Shown here one piece after another: positions 26,378-34,791 of a stretch of DNA of 64,000 nucleotides. The notes under the pieces are model-generated. The model was given only the letters and a program-made list of their open reading frames with translations, was not told where the DNA came from and ran no database searches. Location of the stretch: the NCBI GenBank assembly GCA_035623825.1, contig DASPSR010000007.1, positions 192,001-256,000 on the forward strand, written 5' to 3'. Position numbers and translations under genes: made by a program. This stretch comes from Nitrospirota bacterium. GTDB taxonomy: Bacteria > Nitrospirota > UBA9217. Position 1 is the stretch's first letter. The number at the start of each line of letters is the position of its first letter.

Positions 26378-28259
26378 ACGGTTGGAAAGCGTCAAGGATC
26401 TCGATGCCCTGCGGCAAAAGCTCCGGGAAGAACACAAGCAAAGCGATGCCCACCGCGTGCGCGTCTGCTGCGGAACAGCCTGTCAGGCAACAGGATCCAA
26501 AAAACTCATAGAGCAATTCGAAAAGGAAGCGGCCCAGAAGCAGGTGAAGCTCGAGATTGTGAAGACTGGGTGCCAAGGTTTTTGCCAGCGTGGCCCGGTC
26601 ATGATCCAGGAGCCGCAGGAAATCTTCTATCAGAAGGTAAAAGTGAGCGATATCCCCGCCTTGTTCTCCACCTCTGTACTTCATGGGATGCCCTACCGCA
26701 AGCAGCTCTACCGTGAGTTCTCGCTATCCGATCCGAACATCGAGATGCAGGACATCCCGTTCTACAAGAAGCAGAAGCGCGTTGCTCTTCACAGGAACGG
26801 ATTTGTCGATCCCTGCAATATCTACGATGCCATCCGCGAGGACGGTTATGCCGGTTTATCGAAGGCGCTGACTGAGATGAAGCCCGACGAGGTTATCGAA
26901 GTCATCAAGAAGTCAGGCCTCCGCGGCCGAGGCGGCGCAGGCTTCCCTGCCGGCCTCAAATGGGAGCATACAAAGAAATCGGGTTCTAAGGTCAAGGCCG
27001 TTGTGTGCAACGGAGACGAAGGCGACCCGGGCGCGTTCATGGACCGCTCGGTCATGGAGGGAGACCCCCACTCCGTGCTCGAGGGGATGCTCATCAATGC
27101 TTATGCCATAGGTGCGCAACACGGCTACATCTACGTGCGACATGAGTACCCCCTTGCCGTGAAGAACCTTGGCGTGGCCATAAACCAGGCGCGGGCCATG
27201 GGGCTACTCGGCAAGAACATCCTGGGTTCTGGACTCGACTTCGACATCGAAATCAAAGAAGGTGCCGGCGCATTCGTCTGCGGCGAATCCACAGCGCTCA
27301 TCGCCTCCATCGAGGGCGAACGCGGCATGCCGCGGCCCCGGCCGCCGAGGCTCTCGGAAGCTGCAGGCGGCCTCTGGAATATGCCAACGAATCTCAACAA
27401 TGTCGAGACCTTTGCCAACGTCCCGACGATCATCACGAAGGGGCTGGACTACTATACCAAGATCGGCACTGAGAAATCGAAAGGTACAAAGGTATTCGCC
27501 TTAACCGGCAAAATCAAAAACACAGGCCTCATCGAAGTGCCGATGGGGATTACGCTTCGAGAGATCATCTTCGACATCGGCGGCGGCATGCTGAATCCCG
27601 AGAAACAATTCAAAGCAGTTCAGACCGGAGGTCCCTCTGGCGGATGCATTCCTGCCCAGTTCCTCGACATGGCAGTTGACTTCGACTCGCTCACGGCCGT
27701 TGGCTCTATGATGGGATCGGGCGGCATGGTGGTCCTGGACGAAGAGGACTGTATGGTGGATGTGGCTAAGTTCTTCCTGTCCTTTACCAAGAGTGAGTCT
27801 TGCGGCAAGTGCCCACCGTGCCGTATCGGTACTTGGCAGATGTATGATCTCTTGGACAAGATAACCACCGGACGAGGCGAAAAGGGCGACATCGAGCGGC
27901 TCGAGAAGATGGGCAAGATGGTTGTTGCCGGTTCGCTCTGCGGTCTCGGGACCAGCGCTCCGAACCCCGTGCTCTCGACCATCCGTTACTTCCGCGAGGA
28001 ATACGAGGAGCATGTGAATGATAAGTACTGCCGCGCCAAGCGATGCCAGGGACTCGGCACCTTCCGCATCCTGCCAGAGCACTGCATCCTCTGCGGGCTG
28101 TGTAAACAGGCATGCGCCTTTGATTCCGTGGTGGAGCTGAGGGACCGGTTCTACATCGACCAGGACTACTGCACCAAATGTAAGGCCTGCTACTCTGTCT
28201 GCCCCACGCAGGCCGTTGTGATCGAAAAAGGAGGGGCTCATGTCGCAGCAAGAAAATAA
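26361..28259 (+). CDS. NuoF/HydB-like FMN- and NAD(H)-binding subunit with bifurcating-type architecture
   Basis: N-terminal [2Fe-2S] (CCGTAC...GCQGFC), GLRGRGGAGFP, CNGDEGDPGAFMDR, GAFVCGE, GGPSGGC, ESCGKCPPCR...LCGLG, H-x5-C-x4-C, two C-terminal CxxCxxCxxxC; AGGAG RBS. Confidence 0.93.
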   Translation: MELTYKRLESVKDLDALRQKLREEHKQSDAHRVRVCCGTACQATGSKKLIEQFEKEAAQKQVKLEIVKTGCQGFCQRGPVMIQEPQEIFYQKVKVSDIPALFSTSVLHGMPYRKQLYREFSLSDPNIEMQDIPFYKKQKRVALHRNGFVDPCNIYDAIREDGYAGLSKALTEMKPDEVIEVIKKSGLRGRGGAGFPAGLKWEHTKKSGSKVKAVVCNGDEGDPGAFMDRSVMEGDPHSVLEGMLINAYAIGAQHGYIYVRHEYPLAVKNLGVAINQARAMGLLGKNILGSGLDFDIEIKEGAGAFVCGESTALIASIEGERGMPRPRPPRLSEAAGGLWNMPTNLNNVETFANVPTIITKGLDYYTKIGTEKSKGTKVFALTGKIKNTGLIEVPMGITLREIIFDIGGGMLNPEKQFKAVQTGGPSGGCIPAQFLDMAVDFDSLTAVGSMMGSGGMVVLDEEDCMVDVAKFFLSFTKSESCGKCPPCRIGTWQMYDLLDKITTGRGEKGDIERLEKMGKMVVAGSLCGLGTSAPNPVLSTIRYFREEYEEHVNDKYCRAKRCQGLGTFRILPEHCILCGLCKQACAFDSVVELRDRFYIDQDYCTKCKACYSVCPTQAVVIEKGGAHVAARK

Positions 28260-28851
28260 ATGCCCGGTGACGGCCACAAAGCTCAAGCTGGAGTTCTTCT
28301 ATAACGACGATTCCAAGGACGGCATGTGTTCCAAGTGCCACCCCTGTAAACTGGGGATCTATGATGCCGTCAAGATCCTTGAAGCGATCCAGGAGGGGAA
28401 GGGACTCGATATCTATCCGGCCCTGCTCAAGCGGATTGCCGTGGAAGTGAAAGACGGCGGAATGTGCAAGAAAGGCAAAGACCATGCAGATATTCTTGCT
28501 GCCTTCCTCAGAGATTTCGAATCGGATCTGCAAAGGCATATCAAAGGCGTATGCACACATCATGTCTGTGCCCGACTGGTCCGGTACGAGATCATCCCCG
28601 AGAGATGCACTATGTGCGATAAGTGCCGCGTCGTCTGCATGGATTCCGCAATCGAGGGCCAAAAATTGGTCCCGGGAAAAACAGGTTTTACTCCGTACCG
28701 GATCAGGCAGAAACGCTGTACCCACTGCGGTGAGTGCATCAAGGTCTGTCCCGAAGGTGCGGTGGTCATCTCTGACGCGGCGCTTGCAGGCGAGGAGAAG
28801 CCGGTGCATCCCGTAAAACATACTGTCGGGACCTGCCCCTTGAAGTATTGA
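28240..28851 (+). CDS. Fe-S protein: NuoF C-terminal [4Fe-4S] domain plus 2x[4Fe-4S] ferredoxin
   Basis: CSKCHPCKLG...MCKKG, H-x4-C-x4-C, CTMCDKCRVVC, CTHCGECIKVCP; overlaps the upstream gene and has a GGAGG RBS. Confidence 0.85.
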   Translation: MSQQENKCPVTATKLKLEFFYNDDSKDGMCSKCHPCKLGIYDAVKILEAIQEGKGLDIYPALLKRIAVEVKDGGMCKKGKDHADILAAFLRDFESDLQRHIKGVCTHHVCARLVRYEIIPERCTMCDKCRVVCMDSAIEGQKLVPGKTGFTPYRIRQKRCTHCGECIKVCPEGAVVISDAALAGEEKPVHPVKHTVGTCPLKY

Positions 28852-28945
28852 TCGTGCATTACACACAGCGGCCGTTCCGAGCGAGCGGCTAGCTGCTGGG
28901 TGTGACCCACTATAACTGAGCGAAACTGATTTGCTGGAGGAAGCT

Positions 28946-31090
28946 ATGACGACCAAGATGGTGAATATGGAATTTGACGGAAAGACCGTATCGGTCCCGG
29001 AGGGAATGACGCTCGTGGACGCTGCGGCGACCGTGGGGATTCATATCCCGAACCTTTGCCATATCAAGGAGCTACGCGGCGTGGGCGCCTGCCGCATGTG
29101 CATGGTGGAGATCGAGGGCATGAAAGCACCGATCACGGCCTGCACAACCCGGACCAAGGAGGGCATGAAGGTCCAGACCAGCACCCCCAAAGTCGAGGAG
29201 ATTCGGAAGTTTGTGACCGACCTGGTCCTCTCGTTTCATCCCCTTGACTGCATGACCTGCCCCAAGGCAGGAGCCTGCGACCTTCAGAGGTACGCCGCCG
29301 ATTTGAAAATTCAGGAGTCGTCATTCGGCAGGAAGAGCTTTAACTACGAACTGAACGACCGAAGCCCGTTCATCACCATCGACAACAACTACTGCATCCT
29401 CTGCGGCAGGTGCGTGCGGGTCTGCAAGGAACAGAATACGAATGTGCTCGACTTCATGGGCCGCGGCATCACCACCAAAGTTACGACGGCGCTGGACAAG
29501 CCTCTCCACGAGTCCGGCTGCACCTTTTGCGGAAGCTGCGTCGATGCCTGTCCAGTGAACTCAATCATGGAGCGCGACCGCTGGCAGCACGGTAGGGAGT
29601 GGGACCTTGAGAAGTTGGACACAGTCTGCACTGCCTGTGGGTCGGGCTGCAGCGTGATCACAAGCAGCAGGGGCGGAAAGATCGTGAAGGTAAACGCGAA
29701 GGAAGACAACGGCTACATTTGTGTCATCGGACGTTTCGGTTTTGACTCCCTGAGGGCCGCGAACCGTATCACCACGCCAATGAAGAGGCAGGACGGCAAG
29801 CTCATACCCACGACCTGGGAAGATGCCGCTGCTATCGCGGGTGACGCCCTTCGGAAAGCAGGTGAGAACGCCGGGTTCATCGCGGCGGGCTCGCTGACGA
29901 ACGAAGAGGCATATGCAGTTCGGGCGCTTGCCCGTGAAGTAACCGGGAGCGACGCTATCAGCACGCCGGCATCGCTGTACGCGGGCGGTATGATATCGGC
30001 CCTTCGCACGGTCTACAGCGATGCGGGCATCAACATCGCGTCCCATGCAGACCTCAAGTCAGCTGACCTGGTAGTGCTGATCGGCGCCGATCCGTCCCAG
30101 AAGAAGCAGGCCCTCCAGGAAGTGGAGGTCATGATCCGCAGAAGGGCCCAGGCCGGGGCAAAAGTCATCGTCGTGAACCCGGAGAAGATCGAACTCGCCT
30201 CACATCAGAATGCCATTCACCTCCAGCTCACGGAAGGGACCGATACAGTCCTTCTCGCGGGGCTTATGAGCGCGGCGATCGCCGAGGGTGCGACCTCCTC
30301 GGCAAAAGGGCTGGATGCGCTCAAGAAATCCTTGGTGAGCGCGGAGAACGCCGCGTCAATATCCGGCGTTTCCGCCGAGGCGATCGCGATGGCAGGCAAG
30401 GCTTACGCCGCAGCAAAGCAGCCGGTCGTTGTAATCGGGACCGGGATTGCTGCAAATGAAGATGCCTCGATTCAGGCACTCAACCTAGCGCTTCTTAAGA
30501 GCGCAGGCGTTGTGCCCCTCATGCTGGAGGCGAATTCCCTGGGCGTAATGCAGATGGGGCCGGGCGCTGCGACGGGGAACAAAGCCGACAGGGGATACAG
30601 CGAAATGAAGTCAGGCATGAAGGCCCTTTACATTGCCGGGAACATGATGGAGCCTGATTTTAAGTCCGATTTCATCATTGTCCAGGCGAGCCATTTCACG
30701 CCGCTCGCGGAAAAAGCGGACCTGGTACTTCCCATGGCCGCACTCTACGAAAAAGAGGGGACGATTGTAAATACCTATGGCATGCTCAAGAATATTGCCC
30801 AGGCCCAACAGCCAGCGGGAGAGGCAAAGGACGGAGCGGAGATCGCCTCGAAGATATCAGCGGCGGTGAGCAAGGCCAAGGCCTTCACGCAGAAAGACGT
30901 CGCTGCTGCGGTCAGAAAGGTCAAGGCGAAGAAACTCGGCGCGGGATCCTTCAAGCCGGTGGCTGCCAAAGCCGCAAAGCCCTATGGCATTTCGGCGACT
31001 AGGCTGATCATGGCAATGAACCAGGGGATGCTGTCGGATTCCGGCGTGGCCAAGGTCATGGTTGTCAGGCAGCCGGTGCTCAAGGGATAG
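28946..31090 (+). CDS. NuoG/FdhA-like multi-Fe-S subunit (molybdopterin oxidoreductase fold, no metal ligand)
   Basis: [2Fe-2S] LCH...GACRMC...TAC; HPLDCMTC....C; CILCGRCVRVC; CTFCGSCVDACP; CTACGSGC...C.IGRFG; degenerate Moco domains. Confidence 0.88.
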   Translation: MTTKMVNMEFDGKTVSVPEGMTLVDAAATVGIHIPNLCHIKELRGVGACRMCMVEIEGMKAPITACTTRTKEGMKVQTSTPKVEEIRKFVTDLVLSFHPLDCMTCPKAGACDLQRYAADLKIQESSFGRKSFNYELNDRSPFITIDNNYCILCGRCVRVCKEQNTNVLDFMGRGITTKVTTALDKPLHESGCTFCGSCVDACPVNSIMERDRWQHGREWDLEKLDTVCTACGSGCSVITSSRGGKIVKVNAKEDNGYICVIGRFGFDSLRAANRITTPMKRQDGKLIPTTWEDAAAIAGDALRKAGENAGFIAAGSLTNEEAYAVRALAREVTGSDAISTPASLYAGGMISALRTVYSDAGINIASHADLKSADLVVLIGADPSQKKQALQEVEVMIRRRAQAGAKVIVVNPEKIELASHQNAIHLQLTEGTDTVLLAGLMSAAIAEGATSSAKGLDALKKSLVSAENAASISGVSAEAIAMAGKAYAAAKQPVVVIGTGIAANEDASIQALNLALLKSAGVVPLMLEANSLGVMQMGPGAATGNKADRGYSEMKSGMKALYIAGNMMEPDFKSDFIIVQASHFTPLAEKADLVLPMAALYEKEGTIVNTYGMLKNIAQAQQPAGEAKDGAEIASKISAAVSKAKAFTQKDVAAAVRKVKAKKLGAGSFKPVAAKAAKPYGISATRLIMAMNQGMLSDSGVAKVMVVRQPVLKG

Positions 31091-31186
31091 ACGTATACAG
31101 TAAAAAATGCATTTTAAGCATCATTATCAGGTACGGAAGCAAAAGAGGGACGCTGAGCCCATTTAGGAAAGGAGTAACAAACGGTT

Positions 31187-33169
31187 ATGAGAGAGGACCA
31201 GAAATCAGTTGACCCGGCCGCACAAGTGCTGTTGAAACATGCCGGAGAGATGAAAATAGAAACTTCCTTTGAACGAGCCGAAAAGCTTAAACCATGCCCC
31301 ATCGGGCACCAGGGCGCCTGCTGCAAGATGTGCCATATGGGTCCCTGCCGCCTCGTGGGCAAAGAGGATGAGGCCGAGGGTGTATGCGGTGCGACGCTGC
31401 CGGTGGTGACAGCAAGAAACTTCGCCCGGATGGTGGCTGCAGGAACGGCGGCGCATTCGGACCATGCGAGAGACCTGGCGAATACCTTGCTAGCAGTGGG
31501 AAGGGGCGAGGCGAAGGACTTCAAGGTGAAGGATGTGCGTAAGCTGAACCGTGTTGCCGGCTATCTCGGCATCAATGTCGAGGGGAAGTCGGTGAACAAG
31601 GTGGCCGAAGAGGTCGCGCTCAAGTTCCTGGAGCAGTTTGGCCAGCAGCACGGCACGCTTGCGTACCTCGGCCGGGCTCCAAAAAAGCGGCAGGAAATCT
31701 GGAAGAAGCTCGGGATCGCACCGCGGGCAATTGACCGCGAGTGTGTTGAGATGCTGCACCGCACGACCATGGGTGTCGATCAGGAAATGAACAATATCAT
31801 GCTTGGCGCCATGCGCGCGGCCCTGGCCGATGGGTGGGGCGGGTCCATGATGGGAACCGACATCTCAGATATCCTCTTCGGGACGCCAAAACCGGTCAGA
31901 ACCAATGCCAGTCTCGATGTGTTCATGGAGGATCACGTGAACCTCGTAGTACACGGCCACGAGCCGTCATTCGCCGAGATGCTGGTCATCGCGTCAGAGG
32001 ATCCGGAGATCGAGGCCTACGCGAAGTCGAAGGGGGCCAAAGGGGTAAAGCTCGTCGGCATGTGTTGTACGGCGAATGAAATTCTGATCCGTCATGGAAT
32101 TGCCACAGCGGGCGGCTTTTTGCAGCAAGAACTCGGGCTCCTCACGGGCTTGGTCGAGGCCATGGTGGTGGACGTGCAGTGTATCATGCCCGCTATCGGC
32201 CAGCTGTCAAAGAAATTTCATACCAAGATCGTAACGACGACGCCAAAAGGGAAAATGAAGGATGCCATCCATATCGAATATGATGAGCATCATGCGCTCG
32301 ACCTCGCCAAAAAGGTCGTGCGGCTAGCCATCGACAATTTCCCGAACCGCAAGAAGGAGCTTGTGTCTCCGGCCAAAGTACGACCGGCCGACCTGATCGC
32401 GGGCTTCTCTCATGAGTACATTGAGTACATGCAGGGAGGGCAGTATCGCGGCTCATTCAGGCCCTTGAATGACGCCATTATCGCCGGTCGCATCCGAGGC
32501 GTGGTCGGTCTCGCAGGCTGCAATAACCCGAGGATCAGTCAGGACAGCATGCATAACTTCCTTTCTCGCGAACTGATCAAGAACGATGTGCTTGTCGTCC
32601 AGACCGGCTGCTCAGCCATGGCGTCGGCCAAGGCGGGTTACATGACACCTGAGAATGCTATGGAGAACGCCGGCCAGGGCCTTCGTGAGGTCTGCGAAGC
32701 CATCGGTATTCCACCGATACTCCACATGGGATCCTGTGTGGATAACTCGCGCATTTTGACCGTAGCTACGGCGATTGCCGAGGAAGGCGGTCTCGGCGAT
32801 GATATCGGCGGACTACCGGCAGTCGGTATCGCGCCCGAGTGGATGAGCGAGAAAGCAATCGCTATCGGCACCTACCTCGTGGCGTCCGGTGTCCCGATCA
32901 TATTCGGCGCAGGGTCCCCCGTGAGTGCAAGCAAGACGTTGAAAGATCTAATGGAGAACAAGTGGTGGGACATGGTGAATGCCGGATTCTACTTCGAAGA
33001 AGATCCGGGCAAGATCCTTGAGCTGGCGCTGAAGCTCATCGACACCGCTCGGGAGAAACTGAAGCTCCGCAGGTACGAACCGGGGCGGTTCGGTACGGAA
33101 CGCGTACTGCTCGATATGGCAGCAAGACGTGCGGGTACGTTTGCCACACCACACGGTGTGGACATCTAA
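31187..33169 (+). CDS. cooS: Anaerobic Ni-containing carbon monoxide dehydrogenase catalytic subunit
   Basis: CPIGHQGACCKMCHMGPC...VCG (D and B clusters), AAHSDHARD, HGHEP, GMCCTANE, VDVQC, GCNN, TGCSA, GSCVDNSR, EWMSEKA. Confidence 0.96.
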   Translation: MREDQKSVDPAAQVLLKHAGEMKIETSFERAEKLKPCPIGHQGACCKMCHMGPCRLVGKEDEAEGVCGATLPVVTARNFARMVAAGTAAHSDHARDLANTLLAVGRGEAKDFKVKDVRKLNRVAGYLGINVEGKSVNKVAEEVALKFLEQFGQQHGTLAYLGRAPKKRQEIWKKLGIAPRAIDRECVEMLHRTTMGVDQEMNNIMLGAMRAALADGWGGSMMGTDISDILFGTPKPVRTNASLDVFMEDHVNLVVHGHEPSFAEMLVIASEDPEIEAYAKSKGAKGVKLVGMCCTANEILIRHGIATAGGFLQQELGLLTGLVEAMVVDVQCIMPAIGQLSKKFHTKIVTTTPKGKMKDAIHIEYDEHHALDLAKKVVRLAIDNFPNRKKELVSPAKVRPADLIAGFSHEYIEYMQGGQYRGSFRPLNDAIIAGRIRGVVGLAGCNNPRISQDSMHNFLSRELIKNDVLVVQTGCSAMASAKAGYMTPENAMENAGQGLREVCEAIGIPPILHMGSCVDNSRILTVATAIAEEGGLGDDIGGLPAVGIAPEWMSEKAIAIGTYLVASGVPIIFGAGSPVSASKTLKDLMENKWWDMVNAGFYFEEDPGKILELALKLIDTAREKLKLRRYEPGRFGTERVLLDMAARRAGTFATPHGVDI

Positions 33170-33191
33170 GGAGAACGATAAGCATTGTCTC

Positions 33192-33221
33192 AAGGAGAGG
33201 CCTTCGCGCCTCTCTTTTTTT
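33192..33221 (+). terminator. Rho-independent terminator after cooS
   Basis: AAGGAGAGGC-loop-GCCTCTCTTT running into a T tract. Confidence 0.8.
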
Positions 33222-33284
33222 ATGGTGCGCGCTTCTGGAAAGATAATTTTTTTATCACGAGAGCGCCCATATTACCGTATTGAT

Positions 33285-33302
33285 TTGTGACGCACATCAC
33301 AA
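33285..33302. promoter_or_regulatory. CRP/Vfr- or Rex-type palindrome
   Basis: TTGTGA-CGCACA-TCACAA perfect inverted repeat in the intergenic region upstream of the pil operon. Confidence 0.6.
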
Positions 33303-33430
33303 TTCCCGGACCCCTCTCCCTGCAATGCAAGGGAGGAGCTTCCGGCCTCCCCCATATTTAGTGCCTTTCCCTCCAGCCGAGCACAACATCTCGTGGGCCT
33401 TAAGTTTACTGTAAAAGAGCCGAAAAAAAC

Positions 33431-33458
33431 TTGACAAGCAAGTCTTTTTAAGTATCAT
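33431..33458 (+). promoter_or_regulatory. sigma70 promoter of the HTH-pilMNOPQ operon
   Basis: TTGACA-N16-TATCAT, followed by palindrome TATACT-T-AGTATA (33465-33477). Confidence 0.55.
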
Positions 33459-33510
33459 CATAACTATACTTAGTATATCTATTATGCATAAAATATCCAG
33501 TGAGGGCATA

Positions 33511-33711
33511 ATGGTTACACGCAAAAGTCTTAAAAAATACAAAACCAAAGAGATATGCGATCGATTCGATATTTCCCGCGCGACACTCTTCAGATGGGAG
33601 AGCGAAGGTCTCCTTGTGGGTGTCGGACGTGACTGGCGGGGATGGCGCGTGTACGATGACAGAAACCTGAAGAGCATCGAAAGAATTATGAAGAGCAAGA
33701 ACGCCACGTAA
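33511..33711 (+). CDS. Small MerR-family helix-turn-helix protein
   Basis: YKTKEICDRFDISRATLFRWESEGLL...RDWRGWRVY MerR-type winged HTH; no effector domain. Confidence 0.85.
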   Translation: MVTRKSLKKYKTKEICDRFDISRATLFRWESEGLLVGVGRDWRGWRVYDDRNLKSIERIMKSKNAT

Positions 33712-33738
33712 TGCAGTTTGGGTATTGCCGGAGCAAGA

Positions 33739-34791
33739 ATGCTTTTCTCAAGAAAAATAGAACCGATTGCACTTGACATAGGGTCCTCCTTCATCAAGCT
33801 GGTGCAGTTGAAAGGCTCCAAAGGGGCCTATCAACTCGTCAAGTTCGGCATGGTGCCTCTGCCGCCTGAGGTGATCGTCGAGGGGGCGGTCATGGACGCC
33901 GGCCGCGTCGTTGATGCGATCAAAGAGCTCCTCGCAACGCAGAACGTGAAAACGAAGGAAGTGGTGATATCCGTTTCCGGAAGCTCCGTCATCATCAAGC
34001 GCATCGCAGTGTCCGATGCTACTGAAGAAGAGCTTGCCGAATCCATCAAATGGGAAGCGGAACAGTACATTCCATTCTCTATCGATGACGTGAACGTGGA
34101 TTTCCAGAAACTTGGCCCGGGCGCTGCCGAGGGACAGGCGGACATCCTCCTTGTTGCCGTGAAAAAGGACAAGATAAACGACTATATCAACCTCGTGAAG
34201 GAGGCTGGTCTGGAGCCCGTTGTCATGGATGTTGACGCCTTTGCGCTGGCTAACATGTATGAGCTCAACTATGAAATGAGCGCGGGTATCACCGCGCTTC
34301 TTAATATTGGCGCCTCGGTCATGAATATCAGTATCCTGAAAGACGGTGTGTCAATCTTCACGCGCGACATCACAGTCGGCGGCAACCGCTACACCGAGGC
34401 GCTCCAGAAAGAGTGTGGACTCAGTTATGAGGATGCGGAAAGGGTCAAGCAGGGAGAGGCCGTTGAGGGCGCGGATGCCGAGAACGCCTCGAGCGTGATG
34501 TCATCGGTGACAGAGGACATAGTGGGTGAGACGCAGCGGTCTTTCGATTTTTTCCGGTCCACAACGGGAAGCGACAGCGTTGCGCGGGTGCTGGTATCAG
34601 GCGGATGCGCGCGAATCAAAAATTTTACGAACGCACTTTCCGAGCGAATAGGAATCCCCGTGGAGATCACGAACCCATTCAAGAACGTCAAGGTCGACCC
34701 TAAGCGGTTTAATCCGGCAGCCCTACAGGAGGCAGGACCCCAGTGCGCCGTGGCGGTAGGACTTGCGATAAGGAGGCCTGGAGACCGATGA
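33739..34791 (+). CDS. pilM: Type IV pilus assembly protein PilM
   Basis: LDIGSSFIKLVQL, WEAEQYIPF, VDAFALAN, NIGAS, SGGCA, VAVGLAIR (actin-like fold). Confidence 0.95.
   Translation: MLFSRKIEPIALDIGSSFIKLVQLKGSKGAYQLVKFGMVPLPPEVIVEGAVMDAGRVVDAIKELLATQNVKTKEVVISVSGSSVIIKRIAVSDATEEELAESIKWEAEQYIPFSIDDVNVDFQKLGPGAAEGQADILLVAVKKDKINDYINLVKEAGLEPVVMDVDAFALANMYELNYEMSAGITALLNIGASVMNISILKDGVSIFTRDITVGGNRYTEALQKECGLSYEDAERVKQGEAVEGADAENASSVMSSVTEDIVGETQRSFDFFRSTTGSDSVARVLVSGGCARIKNFTNALSERIGIPVEITNPFKNVKVDPKRFNPAALQEAGPQCAVAVGLAIRRPGDR

Noticed and set aside
25871-31090. Respiratory Complex I nuoEFG
   Set aside because: No nuoA-D or nuoH-N nearby; the NuoF homolog has extra N- and C-terminal Fe-S domains typical of soluble HydB-type proteins.
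28946-31090. [FeFe]-hydrogenase HydA or selenocysteine formate dehydrogenase
   Set aside because: No H-cluster motifs (TSCCP, MPC, EMMACPGGC), no in-frame TGA, and no Cys at the Mo/W ligand position.
33305-33350. REP-like hairpin family (CTCCCT...AGGGAG; similar GAATCCCC motifs at 3416 and 23126)
   Set aside because: Only short partial similarity among three sites, too little to call a repeat family without a genome-wide search.
33297-33821. 174-aa minus-strand ORF over the pil promoter region
   Set aside because: Overlaps the MerR-like gene and pilM antisense and has no family resemblance.
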